Shown here: positions 8,379 to 18,006 of the stretch, piece after piece
Layout of the letters: every line of letters begins with the position of its first letter
Position numbering within the stretch: position 1 is the stretch's first letter
Source: a virus
Length of the DNA stretch: 64,000 bases
Virus record (IMG/VR): IMGVR_UViG_3300027782_000037
Coordinates: 93,277 to 157,276 of that record
Reading direction: 5' to 3' (one strand)
The notes under the pieces: generated by a model
Told to the model about the DNA's origin: nothing
Databases searched by the model: none
Seen by the model: only the letters and a program-made list of their open reading frames with translations
Translations under genes and position numbers: made by a program

Positions 8379-11300
8379 TTAACCGAATGTAAAGTCTACA
8401 CTTTGCAGTGAGGTATTGTATGTCATCTGTGCGCCCGGACCCGCTGCGTTCGCACTGTTTGCCATTTTAAACGAAGCACTTGTAATTATATTTCCAGTGG
8501 CAGTTACAAAACCAGCTGTTAAAATATTTCCATGTATCGCATTGCCAGTACTGCTCATTAATCCAGCAGTTAGTATATTTCCACCTGTTACGTTACCAGT
8601 CGCAGTTACTAATCCAACTGTTGTAATATTGCCACCAATTACGTTTGCGGCACTAGTAATTGTACTTGTTGCCGAAATTAATCCAGCTGTTAATAAGTTA
8701 CCACCAACTACGTTACCAGATACAGTTAATAAGTTACCTACTGTGTTAAATGTTAAGCCTGCGGTGGCAGCTAAGTTACCACCAGTATTAAATTGTACTT
8801 GCGTGTTAGCACCAGCAGCAGTTATGTTGCCCGAAATACTTCCAGCAAACGTACCAACAAAGAATCCTGCTGTAGTAATATTACCTGTCGCACTTACTTG
8901 ACCGGCTGTTAGGATATTTCCATGTATTGCGTTACCAGTACTGCTCATTAATCCAGCAGTTAGTATATTTCCACCAGTTACATTACCAGCAACAGACAAT
9001 GCGCTGCCACTAGTATTAGCTATGATAACCGTTGTATTTGCCGTAAATGTAGCATTACCATTACCTGCACTAGTACCAATCGTAATTATAGTATTACTAT
9101 TAGCAATACCACTGGTACCGATATTAATATTTTTAATTAGTGCATTGCCAGTTGCGCCTGAACCTAAGTTATAAGTAGCATTTGCTGTTGATGAACCAAT
9201 TGTAGCATTAGCACCAGATGTAGTAATATTAGCACCAGTAATATCACCAGTTGCAGAAATTAATCCGGCAGTTATTAAGTTACCACCAATTACATTACCA
9301 GTAGCAGTTACTAAGCCAATTGTAGTTAAATTACCACCAATTACGTTTGCTGCGGATGTAATTGTACTAGTAGCCGAAATTAATCCAGCTGTTAGTAAGT
9401 TACCACCTGTAATATTTGCTGCTGAAGTAATTGTACTTGTCGCTGAAATCAATCCAGCTGTTAAAATATTACCGCCTGTTACATTACCCGTAGCAGTTAC
9501 TAATCCCGCTGTTGTAATATTTCCACCAATTACATTGGCCGCCGAAGTAATTGTACTTGTTGCTGAGATTAATCCTGCTGTTAATAAGTTTCCGCCTATA
9601 ATATTAGCAGCACTAGTAATTGTACTTGTTGCTGAGATTAATCCAGCTGTTAGGATATTGCCATGTATTGCGTTACCAGTACTGCTCATTAATCCGGCTG
9701 TTAGTACATTACCACCAGTTACATTACCAGTAGCAGTCACAAGCCCAGCTGTTGAAATATTACCACCAATTACGTTTGCCGCCGAAGTAATAGTACTTGT
9801 AGCACTAATCAATCCTGCTGTTAATAAGTTACCACCGGCTATGTTACCAGTAGCCGTCACCAGACCAGCAGTTGATATATTACCACTAGTTATGTTACCA
9901 GTAGCGGTTACTAATCCAGCAGTAGTAATATTACCGCCAATGATATTAGCTGCTGAAGTAATAGTACTTGTTGCTGAAATCAATCCAGCTGTTAATACAT
10001 TTCCGCCAGTTACATTACCAGTAGCAGTTACTAGTCCAGCTGTTGAAATATTACCACCAATTACGTTTGCTGCTGATGTAATTGTGCCAGTTGAACTAAT
10101 CAATCCAGCTGTTAATAAGTTACCACCAACTACGTTGCCTGATACGGTTAATAAGTTACCAACTGTATTAAACGTTAATCCTGCTGTAGCGGCTAAGTTA
10201 CCACCAGTGTTAAATTGTACTTGTGTATTAGCTCCGGCAGCAGTTATGTTGCCCGAAATACTTCCAGCAAATGCACCGACAAAAAATCCTGCTGTAGTAA
10301 TATTACCAGTAGCTGATATTACTCCGGCTGTTAAAATGTTACCGTGTATTGCGTTACCAGTACTGCTCATAATACCAGCAGTTAAGATATTACCACCGGC
10401 TAAGTTTCCCGTAGCAGTAATACCAAGACCAGCTGTTATATTACCAACAGAGCTAATACCTAAACTTGATACCCAAACATTTGATGCTGTATTATACAGC
10501 AATGTTGCGTATTCAGCACCTACTGGACCAACGCCAATACCGCCATTGTTTGCTGCTGTTGCATTGGCCGCATTATTGGCCATGTTAATTTGTAAATCGT
10601 TAGTGGTAATAGTATTTGAGTTAATAGTGGTTGTTGTACCATTAACTGTCAAGTTACCTGTAATAACAACGTTACCGTCTGTGCCGCCAGATCCGTTTGG
10701 ATCAATAGTTAATGTAGGCCCGGCTCCAACAATTGTATTCCCACTTATTACAATACCACCAACTGATAAAGTTCCACCTGTTGTGAAATTACCACCTGTT
10801 GTATTTCCTGTTATGCTTAAACTTGTTAGAGTGCCAAGTGAAGTAACATTGGGCTGTGCTGCTGTAGTTAATGTACCAGTAACCAGAGTTCCTGATAAAT
10901 TACCACCTGTAATATTGCCAGTTGAGCTAACAATACCAGCTGTTAGAATATTACCACCTGTAATATTTGCTGCTGATGTAATTGTACTTGTAGCACTGAT
11001 CAATCCAGCTGTTAATAAATTACCACCAGTCACGTTACCAGTACTTGACATAACACCAGCTGTTAATACGTTTCCGCCGGTTACATTACCAGTGGCAGTT
11101 ACTAACCCAGCCGTTGAAATGTTGCCACCAATTACGTTTGCCGCTGATGTAATTGTACTTGTTGCTGAAATCAAACCAGCTGTTAAAATGTTTCCACCAG
11201 TTACGTTGCCGCTGCCCGCAATTGTTCCTAAAACACTTATTCCGGTAGGAGAAAATACAGCAACGTTACCTACTCCACTGACTGATATAGTTACATTGGC

Positions 11301-11714
11301 AGCGGCAGCAGAAATGTTAACATTACTATTGCCGTTTACTACGTTAGATACTGATGTAATAATACCAGTTAATTGACTACCGTTACCTAGTATAAAGTTA
11401 CCGGTTACGTTGCCAGTGGCAGACACCACGCCTGTAGTTAATATATTTCCAGCTTGTACATTACCGGATGCGCTGATTCCACCACCACCGCCACTTGTTA
11501 TGAACGAGTTACCATAAACGTTACCAGTGGCACTAATAATACCAGCAGTTGATATATTGCCGCCAATTACGTTTGCCGCCGAAGTAATAGTACTTGTAGC
11601 ACTAATTAATCCTGCTGTCAGTAGGTTACCGCTAGTGATGTTGCCAGTAGCTGTGATGAATGTTTGTACGTATAAATTACCGTATACCGTGGTGCCTGAT
11701 AGAAGTTTTGCCAT
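8379..11714 (-). CDS. Long virion fibre protein (1111 aa), paralogue of 2130-7079
   Basis: Same repeats and near-identical non-repeat blocks as 2130-7079. N-terminus MAKLLSGTTVYG, C-terminus YNTSLQSVDFTFG. Confidence 0.75.
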   Translation of the reverse strand: MAKLLSGTTVYGNLYVQTFITATGNITSGNLLTAGLISATSTITSAANVIGGNISTAGIISATGNVYGNSFITSGGGGGISASGNVQAGNILTTGVVSATGNVTGNFILGNGSQLTGIITSVSNVVNGNSNVNISAAAANVTISVSGVGNVAVFSPTGISVLGTIAGSGNVTGGNILTAGLISATSTITSAANVIGGNISTAGLVTATGNVTGGNVLTAGVMSSTGNVTGGNLLTAGLISATSTITSAANITGGNILTAGIVSSTGNITGGNLSGTLVTGTLTTAAQPNVTSLGTLTSLSITGNTTGGNFTTGGTLSVGGIVISGNTIVGAGPTLTIDPNGSGGTDGNVVITGNLTVNGTTTTINSNTITTNDLQINMANNAANATAANNGGIGVGPVGAEYATLLYNTASNVWVSSLGISSVGNITAGLGITATGNLAGGNILTAGIMSSTGNAIHGNILTAGVISATGNITTAGFFVGAFAGSISGNITAAGANTQVQFNTGGNLAATAGLTFNTVGNLLTVSGNVVGGNLLTAGLISSTGTITSAANVIGGNISTAGLVTATGNVTGGNVLTAGLISATSTITSAANIIGGNITTAGLVTATGNITSGNISTAGLVTATGNIAGGNLLTAGLISATSTITSAANVIGGNISTAGLVTATGNVTGGNVLTAGLMSSTGNAIHGNILTAGLISATSTITSAANIIGGNLLTAGLISATSTITSAANVIGGNITTAGLVTATGNVTGGNILTAGLISATSTITSAANITGGNLLTAGLISATSTITSAANVIGGNLTTIGLVTATGNVIGGNLITAGLISATGDITGANITTSGANATIGSSTANATYNLGSGATGNALIKNINIGTSGIANSNTIITIGTSAGNGNATFTANTTVIIANTSGSALSVAGNVTGGNILTAGLMSSTGNAIHGNILTAGQVSATGNITTAGFFVGTFAGSISGNITAAGANTQVQFNTGGNLAATAGLTFNTVGNLLTVSGNVVGGNLLTAGLISATSTITSAANVIGGNITTVGLVTATGNVTGGNILTAGLMSSTGNAIHGNILTAGFVTATGNIITSASFKMANSANAAGPGAQMTYNTSLQSVDFTFG

Positions 11715-11735
11715 GTTGTTTCCTGTAAATTCTGG

Positions 11736-12602
11736 TTAGGTTATGCCACTGGATTCATCGAAGTAACCTTTTACTTGTATTGTTCCTGGAGCGATCTCTC
11801 GTTGTACTGTATTTAGTGTAAATGGATTATTATTACTCGGCTGAATATTTCCTACTAATAACACTTTAAAATTGTTTGGACTGGTATCTGCAAAAGCTCC
11901 CCCATTATTGGGGGCACACAGCAATAATTGGGTATTAGGCACAGATACTAAAGGAGCATACGGCGGAGTAAAATTTGCTGCATATAATGCTGAGCCCACG
12001 ACTAGGCGTAAGTTGCTGATATATCCAGAAAGCCCATTATTACCTATGCCGTTATTATCATAAAATCCATTTACAACCCACTGGGTCGCAGAAGATAATG
12101 ATACGTTCGACATGGCTCCATTATCTGCAACACCATTTATATATAATCCACGAAATCCAGTTGCAGAACAACTTATAGCCACATGATACCATGAATTAGC
12201 AGCATAAGAATTGGTGGTAGTTATAGATATTGGATAGCTAGCCCCATCTCCTTGTCTAACTGTAAATTTATTTGCTACTGTGTATCCCCAATCTATGGCT
12301 AAACTTTGTCCATATTGTGTACCATCACCAATTGAAAATATAGCGCCACTGGCCACTGGAAATATCCAAGTTTCAAATGTCCATTCGGTACTAGATGCGC
12401 CAATATTAAAAACATTATTAATGCCATTTAGATAATTTCCTGACCCAGCAAAATCAATACTACCAGGAGATAAAAATGTTTCATCAAATAACCCGGCATA
12501 AATTACTGTGGGAGTAATACTAATCCAATTTTGTGTAATTTCGTCAAAATACCCATTGGTTAATAAGACACCGTCAGCAGTAAGTCTGGAGGCTATAGTC
12601 AT
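11736..12602 (-). CDS. FDE-motif adaptor with inserted LamG/concanavalin A-like lectin domain
   Basis: WTFETW...WYHVAIS...LYING...GYISNLRLV is a LamG-type signature, flanked by ASRL..GYFDEIT and GYFDESSGIT. Confidence 0.7.
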   Translation of the reverse strand: MTIASRLTADGVLLTNGYFDEITQNWISITPTVIYAGLFDETFLSPGSIDFAGSGNYLNGINNVFNIGASSTEWTFETWIFPVASGAIFSIGDGTQYGQSLAIDWGYTVANKFTVRQGDGASYPISITTTNSYAANSWYHVAISCSATGFRGLYINGVADNGAMSNVSLSSATQWVVNGFYDNNGIGNNGLSGYISNLRLVVGSALYAANFTPPYAPLVSVPNTQLLLCAPNNGGAFADTSPNNFKVLLVGNIQPSNNNPFTLNTVQREIAPGTIQVKGYFDESSGIT

Positions 12603-12611
12603 GTTATATAA

Positions 12612-13337
12612 TTAAATGAATATCGTATCTAAGCTAGTTGTGCCAGCATTGTATATCTGATACACTGTGACAGCTCCATTGCTTGTCCAATTTACAGTAT
12701 TTCCAATTAAATTATTTCCTGTAATATTGCCACCAGCACCAGTGGTAGATATGTTACCTGTAGTAGTTAAATTACCTGCTTGTATATTTCCAGTGATACT
12801 TACATTATTTGTTAAATTAAATGTAACAATATCAGCGGCAGAATTGCCTGTTATTGAAATATTATTACCAGAAGCAAAAGCGACTGTACTGCTTACCCCA
12901 TTGGCCACCACATTTGCGCTGCCGACTACATTAATAATACTAAATGAATTGCCTGTATTTTGTAAAAACGTTAATCCTGTAGTTCCTATTACAATAGGAT
13001 CATCAGTGACTAATTTCCAAGAAGTATCACTCCATTCTGTGCCTTCAGTGACCATTACGATCATTCCAGCATTAATTTCGCCGGTGGCATTAGAATCAGA
13101 TGTGCGTACCCAAGTGCCGTTACTTCCGGAACCAACTATGGATACATCATACAATCCATTTTGACTAGCTGTAGATTGTCCGGCTACCAGAATACGATCG
13201 TTAATGTTAAGACTTACCCCGTCAACGGTGCTGGGAGTTCCACCTGATAATGTAACATTGGCCAGTTCCAGCACACGTACGGCTTGTTTATAGTCAATGT
13301 CGGATATTTGTCCTGCTCGGATTCGAGTTAGTGTCAT
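12612..13337 (-). CDS. Virion fibre connector protein
   Basis: Start refined to ATG 13337 (MTLTRIRAGQISD). VDGV...DRILV..Q....NGLY..W.R module shared with 13416-17945. C-terminus YNAGTTSLDTIFI. Confidence 0.7.
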   Translation of the reverse strand: MTLTRIRAGQISDIDYKQAVRVLELANVTLSGGTPSTVDGVSLNINDRILVAGQSTASQNGLYDVSIVGSGSNGTWVRTSDSNATGEINAGMIVMVTEGTEWSDTSWKLVTDDPIVIGTTGLTFLQNTGNSFSIINVVGSANVVANGVSSTVAFASGNNISITGNSAADIVTFNLTNNVSITGNIQAGNLTTTGNISTTGAGGNITGNNLIGNTVNWTSNGAVTVYQIYNAGTTSLDTIFI

Positions 13338-13367
13338 CTTTTTTTCCAATTATAGCATTATTTAGTC

Positions 13368-13394
13368 AAAAAGACGGGGCTTCTGAGCCCCGTC
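13368..13394 (-). terminator. Rho-independent terminator
   Basis: GACGGGGC-6nt-GCCCCGTC hairpin followed by a T5 run on the minus strand, just after the stop of 13416-17945. Confidence 0.8.
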
Positions 13395-13415
13395 CTTTCA
13401 TACACTAACTAGTAA

Positions 13416-16400
13416 TTACGACACAGTAATATTAGCAGTTCTTGTAACTCCATCGGTACCACGCACCAGTATAGCTAGGGTCGTATTGTTAACTAATCTA
13501 AATGACATAGTTGAATTAGCAGTTAAACTAGGCGCAGCAGGATTAAGCTGAGCCACTAAGTTACCGGTAATATCAACTTGCCCCGTAGTTTCTTGTATAG
13601 CAACAATACTATTTCCAGACGTGTTACTAATAGCAGTTACCGAAGTGGTAGTAGTAATTTCACGTACATCAATGATGTCACCAATCGCAGGAGCTTCTGT
13701 AAATGTCAGTACACAAGTTGGAAATACGCCACTTACTGCATATGCGGTAGTTGGAATTTGCACTACACCGTTGATAGTAACAATACAACTGACAGTAGTT
13801 TGACTTGATCCCAGTGTGAATACCGTAGTAGATCCATCACCTGCAAACTGTTCATTTGCAATAACTGTGTAAGAAGATCCACCAACTGCTACCCAGGCTG
13901 CGCCATTCCAAATTTCACATTGTGAAACTGTACTGTTATAACGTAACATACCGGTTGCAGGAGACCCAGGACGCTGTGCTACGTTACCAACTGGTATTAA
14001 CATACTATCTGTGGCATTTATTGCTAATGTTGCGCCGGTTGTTAGTGTAATATTAGCACCAAGTGCTACTGAATTGGCTGTTGTATAAACTAGGAAAGTT
14101 GTGCCAGATTGAATATTACCAGTAGAGCTTATGTAACCACCAGTTAATATATTACCACTGATTAGATTACCGGTAGCACTAACATTACCAGCTGTTAATA
14201 CGTTTCCTGCTATAGCATTACCAGTAGCACTAAAATTGCCACCAGACAGTACATTTCCACCAGCACTAATATTTCCTGTGCTTACATTTCCACTAATAAC
14301 ATTGCCACCTACACTTACGGTTGATACACCATAAAAATTATTGGCTGTCACATCAGTAGTAACAATTAAGTTAGAAACTACATTACCTGATAAACTTAAT
14401 TGATTAGCATTAATACTAGCGTTAGTGGCAATATTTCCAATTAAACTTACGCCTTGATCATAAAATGTAGCAACTACATTTGATGCTGCGCCAACAGCAA
14501 TTACTAAGTTACCACCTGTACTAGCAATGTTAGCATAACTTCCACCATTAGTAATCTTAGTTGATGATACGTTGGCAGCGTTAATGTTACTGATATATGC
14601 GCCATCACCAATAAAGAAATTTCCTGTTGAAATATTACCAAGGGCACTAATTTGTCCCGATGTATCAATATTGCCAACAGTAGCGTTGCCACTTGTGCTA
14701 ATTATACCTGTTCCAACTAGTACATTACCACCTGTTATATTTCCAGAAGCACTTACTGTAACTGCGTTAACAAGATTACCAGTAATATTACCAAAAGAAC
14801 TTATATCTCCGCCAGTTAGAATATTACCACCAATTACATTACCAGCCGCAGAGACATTTACTGTTGTAAATAAGTTACCAGAAATAACATTACCAGTTAC
14901 ATTTAATGTTGATGTTACATTTCCACTTAGACTTAGTGTATTTCCGTTCAATGCGTTATTAGAAACAACGTTACCAAACGCAGAGACATCATATACAGCA
15001 ACTAAGTTACCGGCTGCTACATTACCAGTTACATTCAATGCTGATGTTACATTTCCACTTAGACTTAGTGTATTTCCGTTCAATGCGTTATTAGAAACAA
15101 CATTACCAAGAGCCGAAACATCATATACAGCAACTAAGTTACCAGAAATAACATTACCAGTTACATTTAAAGTTGATGTTACATTTCCACTTAAACTTAA
15201 ATTGCCAGTATTAACTATTACCGCATTAATTACATTGCCTGTAATTTGATTATCAACATTAAGATTTCCAAGTACATTACCGCTTAATGAAATATTACTA
15301 GTTAAAATATTACCAGCATTGATGTTTCCAATAATACTAAGTGTAGTTGAACTTATAACATTACCTGTTATACTACCAGTTACACTTAAACTTGAGCCAG
15401 TAGCATCGCCGATATTTGGCGTAACTAATGGGGCATTGGCAGGAATATAAAGCTGATTGCTGCCGTTTCTGCTGATAGTATTGCCGTCATATAAAGCGTC
15501 AATAACTGTGCCAGTTACGCTAATTGCGTTACCACCAGAGTATTGGCCTGCTCCAGAAAATTGAGACCAAAGAATTTGTGTTGTTCCAACTGTAATTGGA
15601 TTATTGGTTATACATACCCATCCAGTATCTGCTTGAGTTGAACCATATTCAACAAAAGTAAATGCCGATGCCATTTCTGTGCCGATATCAAAATCAGTGG
15701 CACGAGTCAATACATAAGCAACACTTGGACTACCTGCAGTAGTTACAGTATAGATACCATTAAAAGCTGCTGATTGTGTTGTGTTATTGACAAATGCACC
15801 AACTTCATTTTTAATTAAAACACGTTCGCCTGCTGATACCACCGTACCATCAATTGTTAAATTACCAACTGCTGTGGCTGTTAACGTTGCTCCAACACCA
15901 CTTGATCCATTATTGTATGTATAACCAGTTCCAAAAATGTTACCTGCTGTAGCATACGCCACAGATGCTTTAATATCCAGACCTTGTGCTACGCTATCAA
16001 CATATTGTTTATTTGCCACGTCCAACGCAGCATACGGATCTGGTACGTTTGTAATCCATGTATTACCAGCATTAATATTACCTGTTACGCTAAATTGTAG
16101 TCCTGCGCTTGTGCTAGTAATAATAAGTGTATTACCACTTAGAGCATTACCAACAAAAGTTTGATTTGTAATAATATTTCCGGCAGCACTTATAATATTT
16201 CCAGAATATACATTACCTGTGTAAACACTACCAACTGCGCTGACACTAGCAGCAGCAATTAAATTTCCGGCAGATACATTACCAGTTGCTGTTATGAAAC
16301 CAATGGTTGATACATTTCCAACGGTAGCAGTTCCAGTAGAACTAATTACACCAGGAGTGGCAATATTACCTGCTATAATATTACCTGTTACATTTAATGT

Positions 16401-17945
16401 GCTAGTTACATTTCCACTTAGACTTAGGGTATTTGCATTTACTGCGCTATTGGCAACAATATTACCCAATGCCGAAACATCAGTAATAGCAACAATATAC
16501 TGAGCAGTTACATTGCCAGTTACATTTAGTGCTGATGTTACATTACCAATTAAGCTCAATGAATTAGCATTAACAGCAGCGTTTGTTGAAACATCCCCAA
16601 CAAAACTTACTCCTGTGTCATAAAATGTAGCGGCTACATTTGAATTTGCCCCAATAGCAATTACTAAATTACCATCGGCACTAGCAATATTTGCGTATGT
16701 ATTGCCATTTGAAATTTTGGTTGATGAAACGTTGGCTGCATTAATGTTACTAATATATGCGCCATCACCAATAAAATAATTTGCTGTTTGAATATTACCA
16801 ACTGCGCTTACTAGGCCAGCAGTTAATAAGTTACCACCATAAACGTTGCCAGTTGCTGTTAATGTCGTTGATGCAATTACATTAGCACCAGTTATATTAC
16901 CACTTGCGCCTGTTGTTGAAAAATTAGCAGCAGTTACGTTGCCACCTGCGCTAATAGCATTTGTTACGCTAACATTGTTGCCATATACATTTCCGGCAGC
17001 ACTTACAGCGTCTACTGCGCTGATATTATTGGCAGCAACGTTACCAGTTACATTTAATGAGCTAGTTACGTTTCCACTTAGACTTAGGGTATTTCCATTT
17101 AATGCGCCGTTAGCAACAATATTGCCTACAGCCGAAATGTCAGTAATAGCCACTAAATTGCCTACTGTAGCTGTGCCTGTAGCACTTACGTTACCAGTAA
17201 AATCTACTCCATTGTTGTAAAATGTTGAAACTAGTACATTGGCAATTGTAATTACCAAGTTACCTGCATCAGATCCAATGTTAGCTGAACTATTACCGTT
17301 GCTGATCTTAGTTGCCGAAACGTTACCTGGATTAATGTTACTGATATAGTAACCATCTCCAATAAAGAAATTTGCGGTAGAGATATTTCCTGTAGAACTT
17401 ATTTCACCTGTCGTAGCAATATTTCCCACAGTGATATTACCAGAAATATTCAATGGACTTACAATGTTGCCAGCTATTGAAATATTTCCACCGATTAATA
17501 ATTCACCGGTTACATTGGCATCACCAGTAGTTAGGGTAGCATAGCTAAGAATATTAATATTTGTATTGTCAGTTGCGTTTGAATCTGTAAAAACAGTTGC
17601 AAACGATGTTAAGCTCTCGTCCCAGACAAAAGCAATGTTATTTGATGTGCCGCGTTGGCCTATATAACCAATATCAACAGTAGGAGAACCAGTTTGGTTA
17701 CTGGCCAGGTATAATAATGGATCTTCAATTGTTACATTTGTGGTGTTAATGGCGGTTACATTACCTGTAACGCATAAATCACCCTGAACCGTTAGGTTTG
17801 AACTATAGACAAAGTTGTTAGCCAATAAATTCGATGTTATCGAATATGGTTGTACTTTGGTATTAGCATCAATACCGAAATAGGTATTACCCGAAATAGC
17901 ATCGGTAATTTGATTATTATTAATTCTGGTTAATGTTCCGCTCAT
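13416..17945 (-). CDS. Long virion fibre/structural protein (~1509 aa)
   Basis: Start refined to ATG 17945 (GGGAGA SD; MSGTLTRINNNQITD). GN repeats, ANKQYVD..GLDIK module, IPVGNVAQRP...G.LRYN..W module, INGVVQIP module. Confidence 0.75.
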   Translation of the reverse strand: MSGTLTRINNNQITDAISGNTYFGIDANTKVQPYSITSNLLANNFVYSSNLTVQGDLCVTGNVTAINTTNVTIEDPLLYLASNQTGSPTVDIGYIGQRGTSNNIAFVWDESLTSFATVFTDSNATDNTNINILSYATLTTGDANVTGELLIGGNISIAGNIVSPLNISGNITVGNIATTGEISSTGNISTANFFIGDGYYISNINPGNVSATKISNGNSSANIGSDAGNLVITIANVLVSTFYNNGVDFTGNVSATGTATVGNLVAITDISAVGNIVANGALNGNTLSLSGNVTSSLNVTGNVAANNISAVDAVSAAGNVYGNNVSVTNAISAGGNVTAANFSTTGASGNITGANVIASTTLTATGNVYGGNLLTAGLVSAVGNIQTANYFIGDGAYISNINAANVSSTKISNGNTYANIASADGNLVIAIGANSNVAATFYDTGVSFVGDVSTNAAVNANSLSLIGNVTSALNVTGNVTAQYIVAITDVSALGNIVANSAVNANTLSLSGNVTSTLNVTGNIIAGNIATPGVISSTGTATVGNVSTIGFITATGNVSAGNLIAAASVSAVGSVYTGNVYSGNIISAAGNIITNQTFVGNALSGNTLIITSTSAGLQFSVTGNINAGNTWITNVPDPYAALDVANKQYVDSVAQGLDIKASVAYATAGNIFGTGYTYNNGSSGVGATLTATAVGNLTIDGTVVSAGERVLIKNEVGAFVNNTTQSAAFNGIYTVTTAGSPSVAYVLTRATDFDIGTEMASAFTFVEYGSTQADTGWVCITNNPITVGTTQILWSQFSGAGQYSGGNAISVTGTVIDALYDGNTISRNGSNQLYIPANAPLVTPNIGDATGSSLSVTGSITGNVISSTTLSIIGNINAGNILTSNISLSGNVLGNLNVDNQITGNVINAVIVNTGNLSLSGNVTSTLNVTGNVISGNLVAVYDVSALGNVVSNNALNGNTLSLSGNVTSALNVTGNVAAGNLVAVYDVSAFGNVVSNNALNGNTLSLSGNVTSTLNVTGNVISGNLFTTVNVSAAGNVIGGNILTGGDISSFGNITGNLVNAVTVSASGNITGGNVLVGTGIISTSGNATVGNIDTSGQISALGNISTGNFFIGDGAYISNINAANVSSTKITNGGSYANIASTGGNLVIAVGAASNVVATFYDQGVSLIGNIATNASINANQLSLSGNVVSNLIVTTDVTANNFYGVSTVSVGGNVISGNVSTGNISAGGNVLSGGNFSATGNAIAGNVLTAGNVSATGNLISGNILTGGYISSTGNIQSGTTFLVYTTANSVALGANITLTTGATLAINATDSMLIPVGNVAQRPGSPATGMLRYNSTVSQCEIWNGAAWVAVGGSSYTVIANEQFAGDGSTTVFTLGSSQTTVSCIVTINGVVQIPTTAYAVSGVFPTCVLTFTEAPAIGDIIDVREITTTTSVTAISNTSGNSIVAIQETTGQVDITGNLVAQLNPAAPSLTANSTMSFRLVNNTTLAILVRGTDGVTRTANITVS
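14872..15195. repeat. 132-bp (44-aa) near-perfect tandem repeat
   Basis: acattaccagttacatt recurs at 14887 and 15019; unit GNLVAVYDVSA.GNVVSNNALNGNTLSLSGNVTS.LNVTGNV. Ends are approximate. Confidence 0.8.
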
Positions 17946-17951
17946 AGTGGT

Positions 17952-18004
17952 CTCCCTTGACAATGTTATTTAGCCAAAAACGGTCAAATAACATTGTCGG
18001 TGAG
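17952..18004 (-). promoter_or_regulatory. Hairpin overlapping a late promoter and the SD of the downstream fibre gene
   Basis: 13-bp perfect inverted repeat 17959-17971/17986-17998; CTAAATA at 17967-17973; CTCACC (18004-17999) can pair with GGGAG (17956-17952). Confidence 0.65.
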
Positions 18005-18006
18005 TT

